Of a stretch of DNA of 64,000 bases, positions 41,674 to 50,105 are shown in pieces. This DNA is from Candidatus Saccharimonadia bacterium (GTDB lineage: Bacteria; Patescibacteriota; Saccharimonadia; UBA4664), in NCBI GenBank assembly GCA_036488585.1, contig DASXHH010000005.1:7147-71146 (forward strand). Direction: 5' to 3'. The translations under genes were made by a program, and so were the position numbers. Position 1 is the first letter of the stretch; the number at the start of each line of letters is the position of its first letter. The notes beneath the pieces are model-generated. The model was not told the DNA's origin. It made no database searches and saw nothing but the letters and a program-made list of their open reading frames with translations.

Positions 41674-41727
41674 AGCTAGCGTCAATCACCATTGCTCCTG
41701 AAGCCAAAATCTGGCATAATATAGACA

Positions 41728-42525
41728 ATGAACATCCTCTACATCGGCGATATCATGGGCCGGCCGGGCCGCAACACCATCAAAAAAGTCCTTCCCGGAC
41801 TCAAGCAGGAACTCGGGATTGATTTTGTGGTGGCTCAGGGCGAAAACCTGTCCAACGGCCGAGGCATGCAGATTAAGGCCGTGGAGGAAATGGTAGAGGC
41901 CGGCATCGATTTCTTCACCGGCGGCGACTGGACACTCCACCGCGACGAGATCATCCCCTGGCTTGAGGATCCAGCCAAACCCGTTGTCCGCCCCGCTAAC
42001 TATCCTGAGGGCACTCCCGGCCGCGGCTACAAGCTTGTGGACACGCCACGGGGCCGCATTCTGGTTGCTAGCCTGCTTGGCCAAACCGTGGGCTACCGCG
42101 CTCCCGAAAACCTCCAGAACCCGCTCCGCACTATCGATCGCATCCTCGACGAAACCAAGCACGAACAGTTGGCGGCCCGCCTCGTCAACTTTCACGGCGA
42201 CTTCTCGAGCGAAAAGCTAGTGTTTGGTCAGTACCTCGCCGGTCGCGTCACCATGGCCGTCGGCGATCATTGGCATGTCCCCACGGCCGACGCGCGGGTG
42301 TTGCCCGGAGGCACTGCCCACATCACTGACGTGGGCATGGTCGGCAGCCGCGACTCATCGCTTGGCATCAAGACCGACGTCATCGTCGACCGCTGGTTGG
42401 GCGGCCACCACAGCCGCAACATTCTCGAATCTGAAGGTGAAATGCAATTTTGTTCATTACTTGTTAATGTCGATTCGTCGATTGCCCAAGCCAAAAGCGT
42501 CCAACAAGTGATAAAATTTGTGTAA
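41728..42525 (+). CDS. ymdB: YmdB-like metallophosphoesterase
   Basis: GDIMG.PGR, GEN, RPANYP, HVPTAD and TDVGM motifs; follows rny. Confidence 0.9.
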   Translation: MNILYIGDIMGRPGRNTIKKVLPGLKQELGIDFVVAQGENLSNGRGMQIKAVEEMVEAGIDFFTGGDWTLHRDEIIPWLEDPAKPVVRPANYPEGTPGRGYKLVDTPRGRILVASLLGQTVGYRAPENLQNPLRTIDRILDETKHEQLAARLVNFHGDFSSEKLVFGQYLAGRVTMAVGDHWHVPTADARVLPGGTAHITDVGMVGSRDSSLGIKTDVIVDRWLGGHHSRNILESEGEMQFCSLLVNVDSSIAQAKSVQQVIKFV

Positions 42526-42586
42526 AACAGGACTTTACCTATCTAAAGCCTACAGATATTGTAGGGATGTAATCTGGGAGTGACCG

Positions 42587-42859
42587 ATGACCAAGCAGCA
42601 GCTCATTGAGACGCTGGCCGCTGAAACCAACACCACCAAGCGCCAGGTCGAAAAGACGCTTTCAACATTTGTTAATATCGTGGAGCGCACGGTGGCCAAG
42701 GGGGAGAAGGTATCCATTACCGGTTTTGGAACTTTTGATCTGGGTAAGCGAGCAGCCCGCCGTGGAGTTAATCCTCAGACTGGCGAAGAGATCCATATTC
42801 CGGAGATGGCCATGCCCCGCTTCCGCGCCGGCAAGCGCCTCAAGGAAACCATCCGCTAA
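42587..42859 (+). CDS. hup: DNA-binding protein HU
   Basis: GFGTF, RAARRGVNPQTGE and PRFRAGKRLK motifs. Confidence 0.95.
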   Translation: MTKQQLIETLAAETNTTKRQVEKTLSTFVNIVERTVAKGEKVSITGFGTFDLGKRAARRGVNPQTGEEIHIPEMAMPRFRAGKRLKETIR

Positions 42860-42887
42860 TTTCGTTATTTATTTAACGTGAGCACAC

Positions 42888-42911
42888 AAGAGCCCCATTT
42901 GGGGCTTTTTT
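42888..42911 (+). terminator. hup terminator
   Basis: AAGAGCCCCA-TT-TGGGGCTTTTT. Confidence 0.75.
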
Positions 42912-43038
42912 GTACCCATGCTAAAAGGGCGGCGAGTAATTCACTCGCTAGCCCCCCCAGCTCACATCGCCCGACCCCTCCGGCGGCGCAACCAGGGCTC
43001 CGTCATCGTGCGGGGCCCTTCAACAATCCAATAATTCC

Positions 43039-43115
43039 TGGTGCCCCCGGCAGGATTCGAACCTGCGACCGTTGGCTTAGAAGTCCACTGCTCTATCCAG
43101 CTGAGCTACAGGGGC
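43039..43115 (-). tRNA. tRNA-Arg(UCU)
   Basis: GCCCCTG acceptor, CT-TCT-AA loop, GGTTCGAATCC T-arm, CCA; imperfect anticodon stem. Confidence 0.88.
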
Positions 43116-43211
43116 AAGTACCAGAATACATATTATCGCATCATAATTTGAATAATTCCAGGTTGGGGTGGGCCCCGGAGGCAGCATAACGCCGCCAACC
43201 GGGGCCCACAC

Positions 43212-44006
43212 TCAGGCCTCGTCCAGGGCTGAGAGCCGACGGGCCATCGCGAGAATTTGCCGCCGCCGCCGTGGTCGTGCCAGGGTGGTTTGTCCTATAC
43301 CAAAGCCCCTGGCGCCGGCCTGGTACAGACCAAACGCGTCTAGGCGCCCTCGGACGCCATCGGCGATGATCGGCGTCTTCACGCCGGCCGCTCGAGCTAG
43401 CGCTACCTTCTCCGCTGTGAACGGCAGCCGATGGCGTCCTGTCAAGCCGATCCGTGGGTCGCCAGTACTGGCAATCCACAGCGCGTTGCATTCCGGGTGC
43501 CTCCCTGTGAATTCCAGTACGGGCACCGGCATGGTGGCGGCGAATCGGGCTACCAACGGCAGGTGCAACTCCCCCAGCTCATCCAGGGTCTTGCCGACCT
43601 CTGCGCAGAGGGAGTCCTTTCCGCGGTCAGCATCGAGTTCGCCGAACTCCACCAGGAGGCCGGCTACACCCTGTAGCCAGGGCTGTTTTTTGCCGACCTT
43701 TTCCGTGAACTGCTGCGCCTCATCCAGGCGCAAGGGAGGCGAACCGGACATGGCCACGAAGGAGATCAGGAACGGTTTCGCCGGCATTTGCTGGGCTCGC
43801 CCCACCCACTGTGGCAGTATCTCATCGAGACCCGGGTTGATATTCGGCCACGGCACTGCCGTTACCGTCTCGCTTACGAACGTTACGTCCGTCCAGTCCA
43901 TGCCCAACTTTCGGGCTGCGTTGTGGTACCAGGTGCCCTCGCCAGAAAAGCCTAGGACTCCAGGCTCGCAGAGCACACTCTTGAAGTTCACCATGCGCAA
44001 AAGCAC
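43212..44006 (-). CDS. Divergent dihydroorotate-dehydrogenase-like (TIM barrel) protein
   Basis: G..GFSGEG.W.H N-terminus, FVSETVT, GLTG and PIIADGV...AGA..FGIG resemble a DHODH FMN barrel. Confidence 0.5.
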   Translation of the reverse strand: MLLRMVNFKSVLCEPGVLGFSGEGTWYHNAARKLGMDWTDVTFVSETVTAVPWPNINPGLDEILPQWVGRAQQMPAKPFLISFVAMSGSPPLRLDEAQQFTEKVGKKQPWLQGVAGLLVEFGELDADRGKDSLCAEVGKTLDELGELHLPLVARFAATMPVPVLEFTGRHPECNALWIASTGDPRIGLTGRHRLPFTAEKVALARAAGVKTPIIADGVRGRLDAFGLYQAGARGFGIGQTTLARPRRRRQILAMARRLSALDEA

Positions 44007-44055
44007 GGCGCATCACCTCACTCTCTGTGTGAAGGTTGTCGGCCCCCGTATCCTA

Positions 44056-44541
44056 TCAGATCTGGCTTGAGCTGGCCACGATCCGTTTTTCGATGCGGTT
44101 GGTATACACCATGGCCGTGGCGTTATCCCAGGCCTCGAGCCGGATAGGGTTGAAGAGCTGGTAGCGTTCCCAGCCCACATCGTCATTCGGGTCGCCCGGG
44201 TTTTGGACCTCGCCGTCGAACACCACTTCATCATCGAGCGTTATCCGGTACCGGTCTGGTACCGAGCAGCAACCACGCCAAAACTCGCGGTCGGCGATGA
44301 AGTTACGGAGGCGAAATTCCGCCACTAGCGTTTCGCCGTCTTCGGTCACCGTCATTGTGCCGGTCACCTCAACCTCCCACACGGCGGCGCCATCTGGATC
44401 GGCGTAGATAGTAATCGGTGCGTTAAGGTCTACGACATCAGCGTGCCGGAATGGCTGCAACTTCTCCACCAGCCACTCCATGCGCTCGCCACTCATTCCA
44501 AGCGTAGCCGCTGCCGCCTGCCAGGCCTCTTCTTCGGTCAT
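44056..44541 (-). CDS. Orphan hypothetical protein
   Basis: SD GGGAGG before ATG; 161-aa ORF. Confidence 0.6.
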   Translation of the reverse strand: MTEEEAWQAAAATLGMSGERMEWLVEKLQPFRHADVVDLNAPITIYADPDGAAVWEVEVTGTMTVTEDGETLVAEFRLRNFIADREFWRGCCSVPDRYRITLDDEVVFDGEVQNPGDPNDDVGWERYQLFNPIRLEAWDNATAMVYTNRIEKRIVASSSQI

Positions 44542-44660
44542 CGGGCCTCCCAGTGCTCTTAAACCGACGCCTCACAGTAAACTTGGCCAACCCCCTGTCC
44601 TGCATTGGCAAAACAACAAAAAACCGCCGCTTGGCGGTTGGTGTATAGGGAATAATTGCT

Positions 44661-44735
44661 TGGTGCGGGTGGGGGGAATCGAACCCCCATAACCTGCTTG
44701 GAAGGCAGGGACACTGGCCGTTGTGCTACACCCGC
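44661..44735 (-). tRNA. tRNA-Gly(UCC)
   Basis: GCGGGTG acceptor, CCTGC-CT-TCC-AA-GCAGG, GGTTCGATTCC, CCA. Confidence 0.93.
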
Positions 44736-45418
44736 GCGGAATTGAGCTCTGCCAATATACCAGAATTTATGATTTCATCGAAGCTTTTTACCATCCGGTC
44801 CGCTCGCAAGCTTACCTCGGGCCGCTCCACATTTTCGGTGAACGCCCAGAATTCGTTAGCCACTTCTCGCTCTCGCACCTGCCAGTCGGAGTAACCATCG
44901 CCCACTATCACCACGCACCCCGGTAAATTTAGTGCCCGCACCGCTTCCACCTTGCCGCCGTCCCGAGCTAGCGGATTGGTCTTGTCGCAGCCGATCACTC
45001 GGCCGGTCTCGTCGCGCACGAACGTATTCGCCAGCACATGCCCGGGCTCAATGCCGAATCCACGCACTAATGGCACGATGCATTCTCGGAACCCGCCCGA
45101 AATTACGTAAATCTGGCCGGCATGCCCTCGCACCCAGTCCCGAGCCCGCGCCACCGATGGTGTCACCTCCTGGAGCAGCCTCTCGTTCAGCTCATTCAGG
45201 TGCTCCTGTCCGGCCGCAAACAGCTGCAGCCGTTGCTCCAGCGATTCGCCAAACCCAAGCTTGCCCTCCATGCCCAGTCGCGTCAGCTCCTCAATGCGGG
45301 CCATCCGCCCCTCACGGCCCTTCACGCCTGCAAGTGCTATCCTCGCCAGCTCATCCAGCGATTCCACCCGCACCAGCGTGCTATCAAAATCCAAAACCAG
45401 ATACGCTTTCGTGCTCAT
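44726..45418 (-). CDS. HAD-IB phosphatase (phosphoserine phosphatase-like)
   Basis: DFDSTL, ISGGF, GGK and VGDGYSD motifs. Confidence 0.85.
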   Translation of the reverse strand: MSTKAYLVLDFDSTLVRVESLDELARIALAGVKGREGRMARIEELTRLGMEGKLGFGESLEQRLQLFAAGQEHLNELNERLLQEVTPSVARARDWVRGHAGQIYVISGGFRECIVPLVRGFGIEPGHVLANTFVRDETGRVIGCDKTNPLARDGGKVEAVRALNLPGCVVIVGDGYSDWQVREREVANEFWAFTENVERPEVSLRADRMVKSFDEIINSGILAELNSARV

Positions 45419-46356
45419 GCACGAGAATTATACCCCAATCTTTCGGCATGAAGCCCCCGACCGGAGCCTGAGACTCCATGTCGGGGGCCTAATTCTGCGC
45501 CCTCGCTGCACCGGCGCTCGTAGTACGCCCACAGCAACTTCAAGAAGGCTCGGTGCTGCGCTTCCTTCACCGGCTCCGATCCCTGGTATTTGTGCTCGCC
45601 GAATTCCCGGTAATCCCAGGCCATCGCGGCCACTTCATCATCAGTGAGCTCCTTGAGTAGCTCTGGCATCTTTCCGGTCACCTCGCGCACGAAGCGGCCT
45701 CGCACATCCGGCCGCATGTAGCCGCCGCCTTGGGTGTTTTGCACGCCCGGACCCGCTGGCCTGCCTGTCCACTCGCTGGTGGGCCGGGTGAAGCCGTTGG
45801 TGAGATAGAAGTACCAGAGCAACCGCTCGAATGTTCTCGGCAGCCGGGCCTTGTCACCAGACCGCTCGATGAACGGTTCACGCGTAGCCGGCACCGTCAC
45901 TTCGTACAGAGCGCTCAGCATGTCGCGGGTGCGTTCGCCGAGCTCCAGGAGCGCGTCTATTGGGATTATGCGCAGGAACGCCCGCTCGCGCTCCCAGGCC
46001 ACGCCGTGATCGCTCATGCTTAGGCCCGACGCCCGTCCCGGCAGTCTTACCTCTACCACCGTGCCGGTGATGTCGGCGAATTCGCCGAGAATCTCCACCA
46101 GCAGGGCATCCATGAGTTGTCTAGGCGTCCGTCCATCGATCCGCACCCCAAGATCCTGAGTGCGAAGTTCGTGCGCCAGCCCCATCACTTCGTCGATGCT
46201 GGCGTCCTCTAGCACCTGCGCGATGGCTTGACGCAGCAAGCTCCGTACCGGCGCCACCGATCGGCCCCTCATGGCCGTGCCCACGCGCTCGCCGAATTCC
46301 TGCCAGGTGCGTTGCATCACCTGCTCTATCATTGAGTGCTGCTCGCTATCTGTCAT
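45415..46356 (-). CDS. Orphan hypothetical protein
   Basis: 313-aa ORF downstream of tRNA-Pro with own TATAAT and GGGGTGA SD; 3' end runs through a GC hairpin. Confidence 0.6.
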   Translation of the reverse strand: MTDSEQHSMIEQVMQRTWQEFGERVGTAMRGRSVAPVRSLLRQAIAQVLEDASIDEVMGLAHELRTQDLGVRIDGRTPRQLMDALLVEILGEFADITGTVVEVRLPGRASGLSMSDHGVAWERERAFLRIIPIDALLELGERTRDMLSALYEVTVPATREPFIERSGDKARLPRTFERLLWYFYLTNGFTRPTSEWTGRPAGPGVQNTQGGGYMRPDVRGRFVREVTGKMPELLKELTDDEVAAMAWDYREFGEHKYQGSEPVKEAQHRAFLKLLWAYYERRCSEGAELGPRHGVSGSGRGLHAERLGYNSRA

Positions 46357-46464
46357 TTCTCACCCCATGTCTCGAGAAAACCCTTGTTCTCTAGTCAAAA
46401 AACTAGCCCGCGTATTATAAACGCCGGCGTCATAAAAAATCATTTGGCAGAATGCATAAATCCT

Positions 46465-46541
46465 TGGTCGGGGTGAAAGGACTCGAACCTTCGACCTCCT
46501 GCTCCCAAAGCAGGCGCGCTAGCCAACTGCGCCACACCCCG
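46465..46541 (-). tRNA. tRNA-Pro(UGG)
   Basis: CGGGGTG acceptor, CCTGC-TT-TGG-GA-GCAGG, GGTTCGAGTCC, CCA. Confidence 0.95.
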
Positions 46542-46631
46542 ATATAACTCAGACATTATACCTTAAAACGCTGGATTTTCCGCTGAAAGTAGGGTAAAGT
46601 ACTAGGGTCAAAATCCAAATAGTCCGAATAT

Positions 46632-46709
46632 GGCGGGTGTAGCTCAGTTGGTTAGAGCGCTAGATTGTGGCTCTGGAGGTCGTGGGTTCGAGACCCATCA
46701 CTCGCCCCA
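46632..46709 (+). tRNA. tRNA-His(GUG)
   Basis: G-1 plus GCGGGTG acceptor, CTAGA-TT-GTG-GC-TCTGG, C discriminator, CCA. Confidence 0.95.
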
Positions 46710-46874
46710 GGCAATTATTAAAATAATGGCTCCGTGAAGCCAATTATTTTATACATTCTGAGCCTACCCTAAGTCATCAAGAAATTGAGAACTCGGGGAG
46801 GGCCCTCCCCGCGCCAGGCACGGGGAGGAGGTAGGCGGGCTTCCGCCTACCCTTGTCCGATTGAACGAGACCGT

Positions 46875-47690
46875 TCAGGGTCGCAGCATGCCGCCGAGTA
46901 GCGCAGCGGCCAGCCCGTCGAAGAGCCCCGCGGGCTCAGGCTGAAAGTGCGCACAGATGGCGGCCACCAGGTCCGTGCATACGTCGTACAGGATGTGCGC
47001 CACGATAGCGGCCACGATGCCGTAGTGGAACAGGACCCAGAAGAACACCATGCCCATGAACCACGCGTTGATCGCCCGCAGCACTCCTTCATGAGCATCG
47101 CGGAAGCTGATGCTCGCTACAACCATGGCCGCCCCGAACATCCAGCCGTACGATCCGTAGAGCTGAGCGTGGAGCGCACCGAAGGTCGCGAAGTTGGCCA
47201 CCGGAAGCAGCAGGTATTCGTTGATGATGTGTACCAGGTGGAACGTGATGGTGTTGAAGAACGCCACCATCACCAAGGCCGAGAAGAAGATGAACCAGCG
47301 GTAGATGATCTCCTCGAAGAAGCCGGCGTTGACGCTGACCCACACCCCCTTACTGAACAGCCGTCCGGGCGTATCCGCGCGCGGCACTCCGGTACGGATA
47401 GCGATGAAGCCGAACAGCGCGGTCACGGCGACCGCCCAGGCGAAGATGAACCAGACGTGGCCCAGCGCCTGCAGCACACTGCCACCGTGGACGTGCCAGG
47501 GGTACGTCAGCGGTAGCACCATGCGGCCCGGGTCGGCCCAGTGCATCAGGAGCATGTAGCCGCCTGACAGTAGCGCGGACGCGATGTAGACGGCTGGCAC
47601 GATCGGGTACGACCAGCTCAGGGAGATGGTCGGTCGACGGCTCTGCTGCCGACGGCGCTGCCGCCGCCTCCTTGCGGTTGATGCGGACAT
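46875..47690 (-). CDS. CPBP-family (CAAX/Abi) intramembrane glutamic endopeptidase
   Basis: FFEEIIYR, FRDAH and AHILYD motifs; multi-TM; own TTGCTA..TATAAT promoter. Confidence 0.8.
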   Translation of the reverse strand: MSASTARRRRQRRRQQSRRPTISLSWSYPIVPAVYIASALLSGGYMLLMHWADPGRMVLPLTYPWHVHGGSVLQALGHVWFIFAWAVAVTALFGFIAIRTGVPRADTPGRLFSKGVWVSVNAGFFEEIIYRWFIFFSALVMVAFFNTITFHLVHIINEYLLLPVANFATFGALHAQLYGSYGWMFGAAMVVASISFRDAHEGVLRAINAWFMGMVFFWVLFHYGIVAAIVAHILYDVCTDLVAAICAHFQPEPAGLFDGLAAALLGGMLRP

Positions 47691-47773
47691 TGATCCTACC
47701 TTCGGTAAGGACCTTTTCGGTCAAGGAACAAGAACAAGATTATAGCATAATATAATAGATTTAGCAATATTAA

Positions 47774-47952
47774 CGTGGCCACATCAACTTCCGGGTGGCC
47801 CAGTGCTACTGGGCTCTACTCCAGGAAGAACCTGACCAGCTGGAACTAAGAGAGCTCCTGGACGGCTCACTTCAAAGCGCTCTGCTCTATCTTGAGGGCC
47901 CACCCTCCCGAGCATGGGCCCTCAGGCTTCTCGAGGAGGTAGAGATGGAATG
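47774..47952 (+). pseudogene. Possible 5'-truncated gene remnant
   Basis: Protein-like frame RGHINFRVAQCYWALLQEEPDQLELRELLDGSLQSALLYLEG...EVEME* followed by hairpin 47963-48005; no clear start. Confidence 0.35.
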
Positions 47953-48050
47953 ATCGACAAATGGGTCGGGTGGTCTTGGGCTGATCTGTCCTCGTCCACC
48001 CGACCTTCCAACACAAGTGAACACGCTGACCGCCCGGTTCTTGCTCCCGC

Positions 48051-48138
48051 CAGCACCGACTTAAGCCTATTATCGTTCACAATCGCCATAATCGCTGAGT
48101 GACATTCCGTTCGTAGCCTGAGGCCTAGCTCGCCCCAG
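48051..48138 (-). repeat. att-associated repeat copy 1 (antisense peptide WGELGLRLRTECHSAIMAIVNDNRLKSVL)
   Basis: Ungapped 56/88 nt identity (hand count) with 48676-48763. Confidence 0.8.
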
Positions 48139-48762
48139 TGTATTGTAATTATTATGTTTTTATGTTAAAAGTTTAGGGTTGGTCCCAATTCTACATGCCT
48201 ACGGAGGCTTTCATGACCGACTCTACTCCTTCTTGCAGCGACGTCGTGCAGCGGCTCCTCGAGCTGCCAGACGACCTCTCGCGCGATCAGGTCCAAGTTG
48301 TTCTCAGTGACGAACTGGCCCTGACACTGCTTTCCGACGAAGATGACCCGATGCGGCAGCTAGTCATGGGCTACGTCATCAACCAGAGCAGCTACTTCGG
48401 CGCGGACGTCGTCGAGACCGCTCAGACCCTCATGGCTTCGCTCGAGACCGGAACGTCGGGCGGCATGCTCACCCTCACGCCGTCAGTGACAGGCCCCGAT
48501 GGGTCTCCCGAGCCGGCCCCTCCTGGGGACGTGGATGATCTCAAGCGGATGCTCCAGCTGTTCGTGCCGGGCATCACGATCACGCGATCCAAGGCCTGAC
48601 CACACGGCTCGCTCGCAGGGCTAATTAACGGCCCGGTACCGCTGAGGTTACCGGGCCGTTCACCATTCATACCAATAACACTGACCGAAACCTCACATCG
48701 TTCACCATCGCCAATATCCCCCTAGCATACCAGGTTCGAAATATGAGCATCAGCTCGCCCCA
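48138..48762. mobile_element. tRNA-His islet 2 (integrase-less)
   Basis: Ends in CTCGCCCCA (48754-48762) followed by GGAATTAT and a terminator hairpin. Confidence 0.75.
48213..48599 (+). CDS. Orphan hypothetical protein (cargo of islet 2)
   Basis: SD GGAGG, AT-rich promoter 48141-48170, terminator-like hairpin AACGGCCCGGTA..TACCGGGCCGTT. Confidence 0.6.
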   Translation: MTDSTPSCSDVVQRLLELPDDLSRDQVQVVLSDELALTLLSDEDDPMRQLVMGYVINQSSYFGADVVETAQTLMASLETGTSGGMLTLTPSVTGPDGSPEPAPPGDVDDLKRMLQLFVPGITITRSKA

Positions 48763-48763
48763 G
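48676..48763 (-). repeat. att-associated repeat copy 2 (antisense peptide WGELMLIFRTWYARGILAMVNDVRFRSVL)
   Basis: Homologous to copy 1 (48051-48138); 16/29 aa identical. Confidence 0.8.
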
Positions 48764-48772
48764 GAATTATAG

Positions 48773-48796
48773 ACAGCGGCAAGAGCCGCTGTTTTG
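48773..48796 (+). terminator. Intrinsic terminator after the last tRNA-His 3'-end copy
   Basis: ACAGCGGC-AAGA-GCCGCTGT-TTT. Confidence 0.75.
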
Positions 48797-48832
48797 GTGT
48801 TTGTAAAGGTAACGCTTTGGTATACTGGCCCA

Positions 48833-49147
48833 ATGAATATTGCCGAAATTGATAACCTCAAAGACATCCAAACCTACATCTGGGATAAGAATAAGGAGCG
48901 TGGCTTTAGTGAAGAGGCCCCTGAGCGCAAGCTCCTCATGCTTATGGAGGAGTCCGGCGAACTCGCCAAAGCCGTCCGCAAATCTATCGGAATGGGCTTT
49001 TCCGATAGCACAAAAACAACCGACGTCAAAGAAGAATTGGCGGATGTCCAAATCATTCTGTTGGGCCTAGCCAGCACCTTAAACATTGATATGCTTGAAG
49101 CAGTCCGCGAGAAAGAGCAAAAGAATTCTAAGCGTTCTTGGTCTTAG
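48833..49147 (+). CDS. MazG-like nucleotide pyrophosphohydrolase
   Basis: LMEESGELAKAVRK and EELADV motifs. Confidence 0.88.
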   Translation: MNIAEIDNLKDIQTYIWDKNKERGFSEEAPERKLLMLMEESGELAKAVRKSIGMGFSDSTKTTDVKEELADVQIILLGLASTLNIDMLEAVREKEQKNSKRSWS

Positions 49148-49496
49148 CCTAAGATAGTCGGCGCTGGAATGGTGCAAGTACCCCCACCAACGGATATAGA
49201 GCGCAGCAAAGCCCCACAAGCGTGAGCATTTATTGTGCTACTGGTTTCGGCTCTCCTGGCTGTAGAAACAAAGCCATCGCCCTACCTAGCTCGAAAAAGT
49301 ATGCGCTCTATTACGCCCTCATCATGAAGGCGCCCATCAACAGTCAGAAGTGAAGCCCAGATTAAAGTTGGGGCTCCATGGAGCCATATCCTTAATGGTT
49401 CCTTGATAGCTGGTGCCTGACCAAAATCCAAAATTAACCCATAAAAACTGTACAAGCCCACATTGCTCCTGGTCATGTGACGGTAAAAAATACCCT

Positions 49497-50105
49497 ATGA
49501 CCCTAATTAACCCTGGATTTATGTCGCCCGGCCGGCGCAAAGGCCATCTCCCCCCTGGTCAGTCTGAGGTAAAAGATTGGCCAGTGCTTACATACGGCCC
49601 AACGCCGAATATTAGTACGCGCGAATGGATGCTCCTTGTGGATGGGGAGGTAGCAAAGGCTATCAAGCTAAGCTGGGCCGAGTTTAACCAGCTCCCTCGA
49701 ACCAATCTCACTACCGATATCCACTGCGTCACCAGATGGAGCCGACTGGGCATGCAGTGGGAGGGGGTGTCAATCGATGAGCTCATTAAATTGGCCGGCG
49801 GCCTCACTGATGATGGAACTTTTTTGATAGCTTCGTCGTACGGAGGCTATACGACCAACCTACCTGTTGCCGATGTGACTCGCGGTCAAGCGATGGTAGC
49901 AACGCACGCTGATGGGGAGCCACTTTCACCTGAGCACGGCGGGCCAGCTCGCCTGTTTGTACCCCATCTATATTTTTGGAAAAGTGCCAAGTATGTTAAC
50001 AAACTGACCTTTACCGGCCACGACCATCCCGGATTTTGGGAGCGAAATGGCTATCACAATTATGGCGACCCTTGGAAGGAAGAGCGCTATGACGGCGACG
50101 CCTAG
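49497..50105 (+). CDS. Sulfite-oxidase-like molybdopterin oxidoreductase
   Basis: LPPGQ, DIHCVTRWS, EHGGPARL, YFWKSAK and GFWERNGYH motifs. Confidence 0.9.
   Translation: MTLINPGFMSPGRRKGHLPPGQSEVKDWPVLTYGPTPNISTREWMLLVDGEVAKAIKLSWAEFNQLPRTNLTTDIHCVTRWSRLGMQWEGVSIDELIKLAGGLTDDGTFLIASSYGGYTTNLPVADVTRGQAMVATHADGEPLSPEHGGPARLFVPHLYFWKSAKYVNKLTFTGHDHPGFWERNGYHNYGDPWKEERYDGDA

Larger units (their letters stand above)
46710..48137. mobile_element. tRNA-His islet 1 (integrase-less)
   Basis: Ends in CTCGCCCCA (48129-48137), identical to tRNA-His 46701-46709, preceded by the conserved 88-bp segment. Confidence 0.75.

Noticed and set aside
45446-45490. CCCCGAC sequences considered as a tRNA-Pro att copy
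   Set aside because: They are the two arms of a terminator-like hairpin, and the correctly oriented arm lacks the CCA end.
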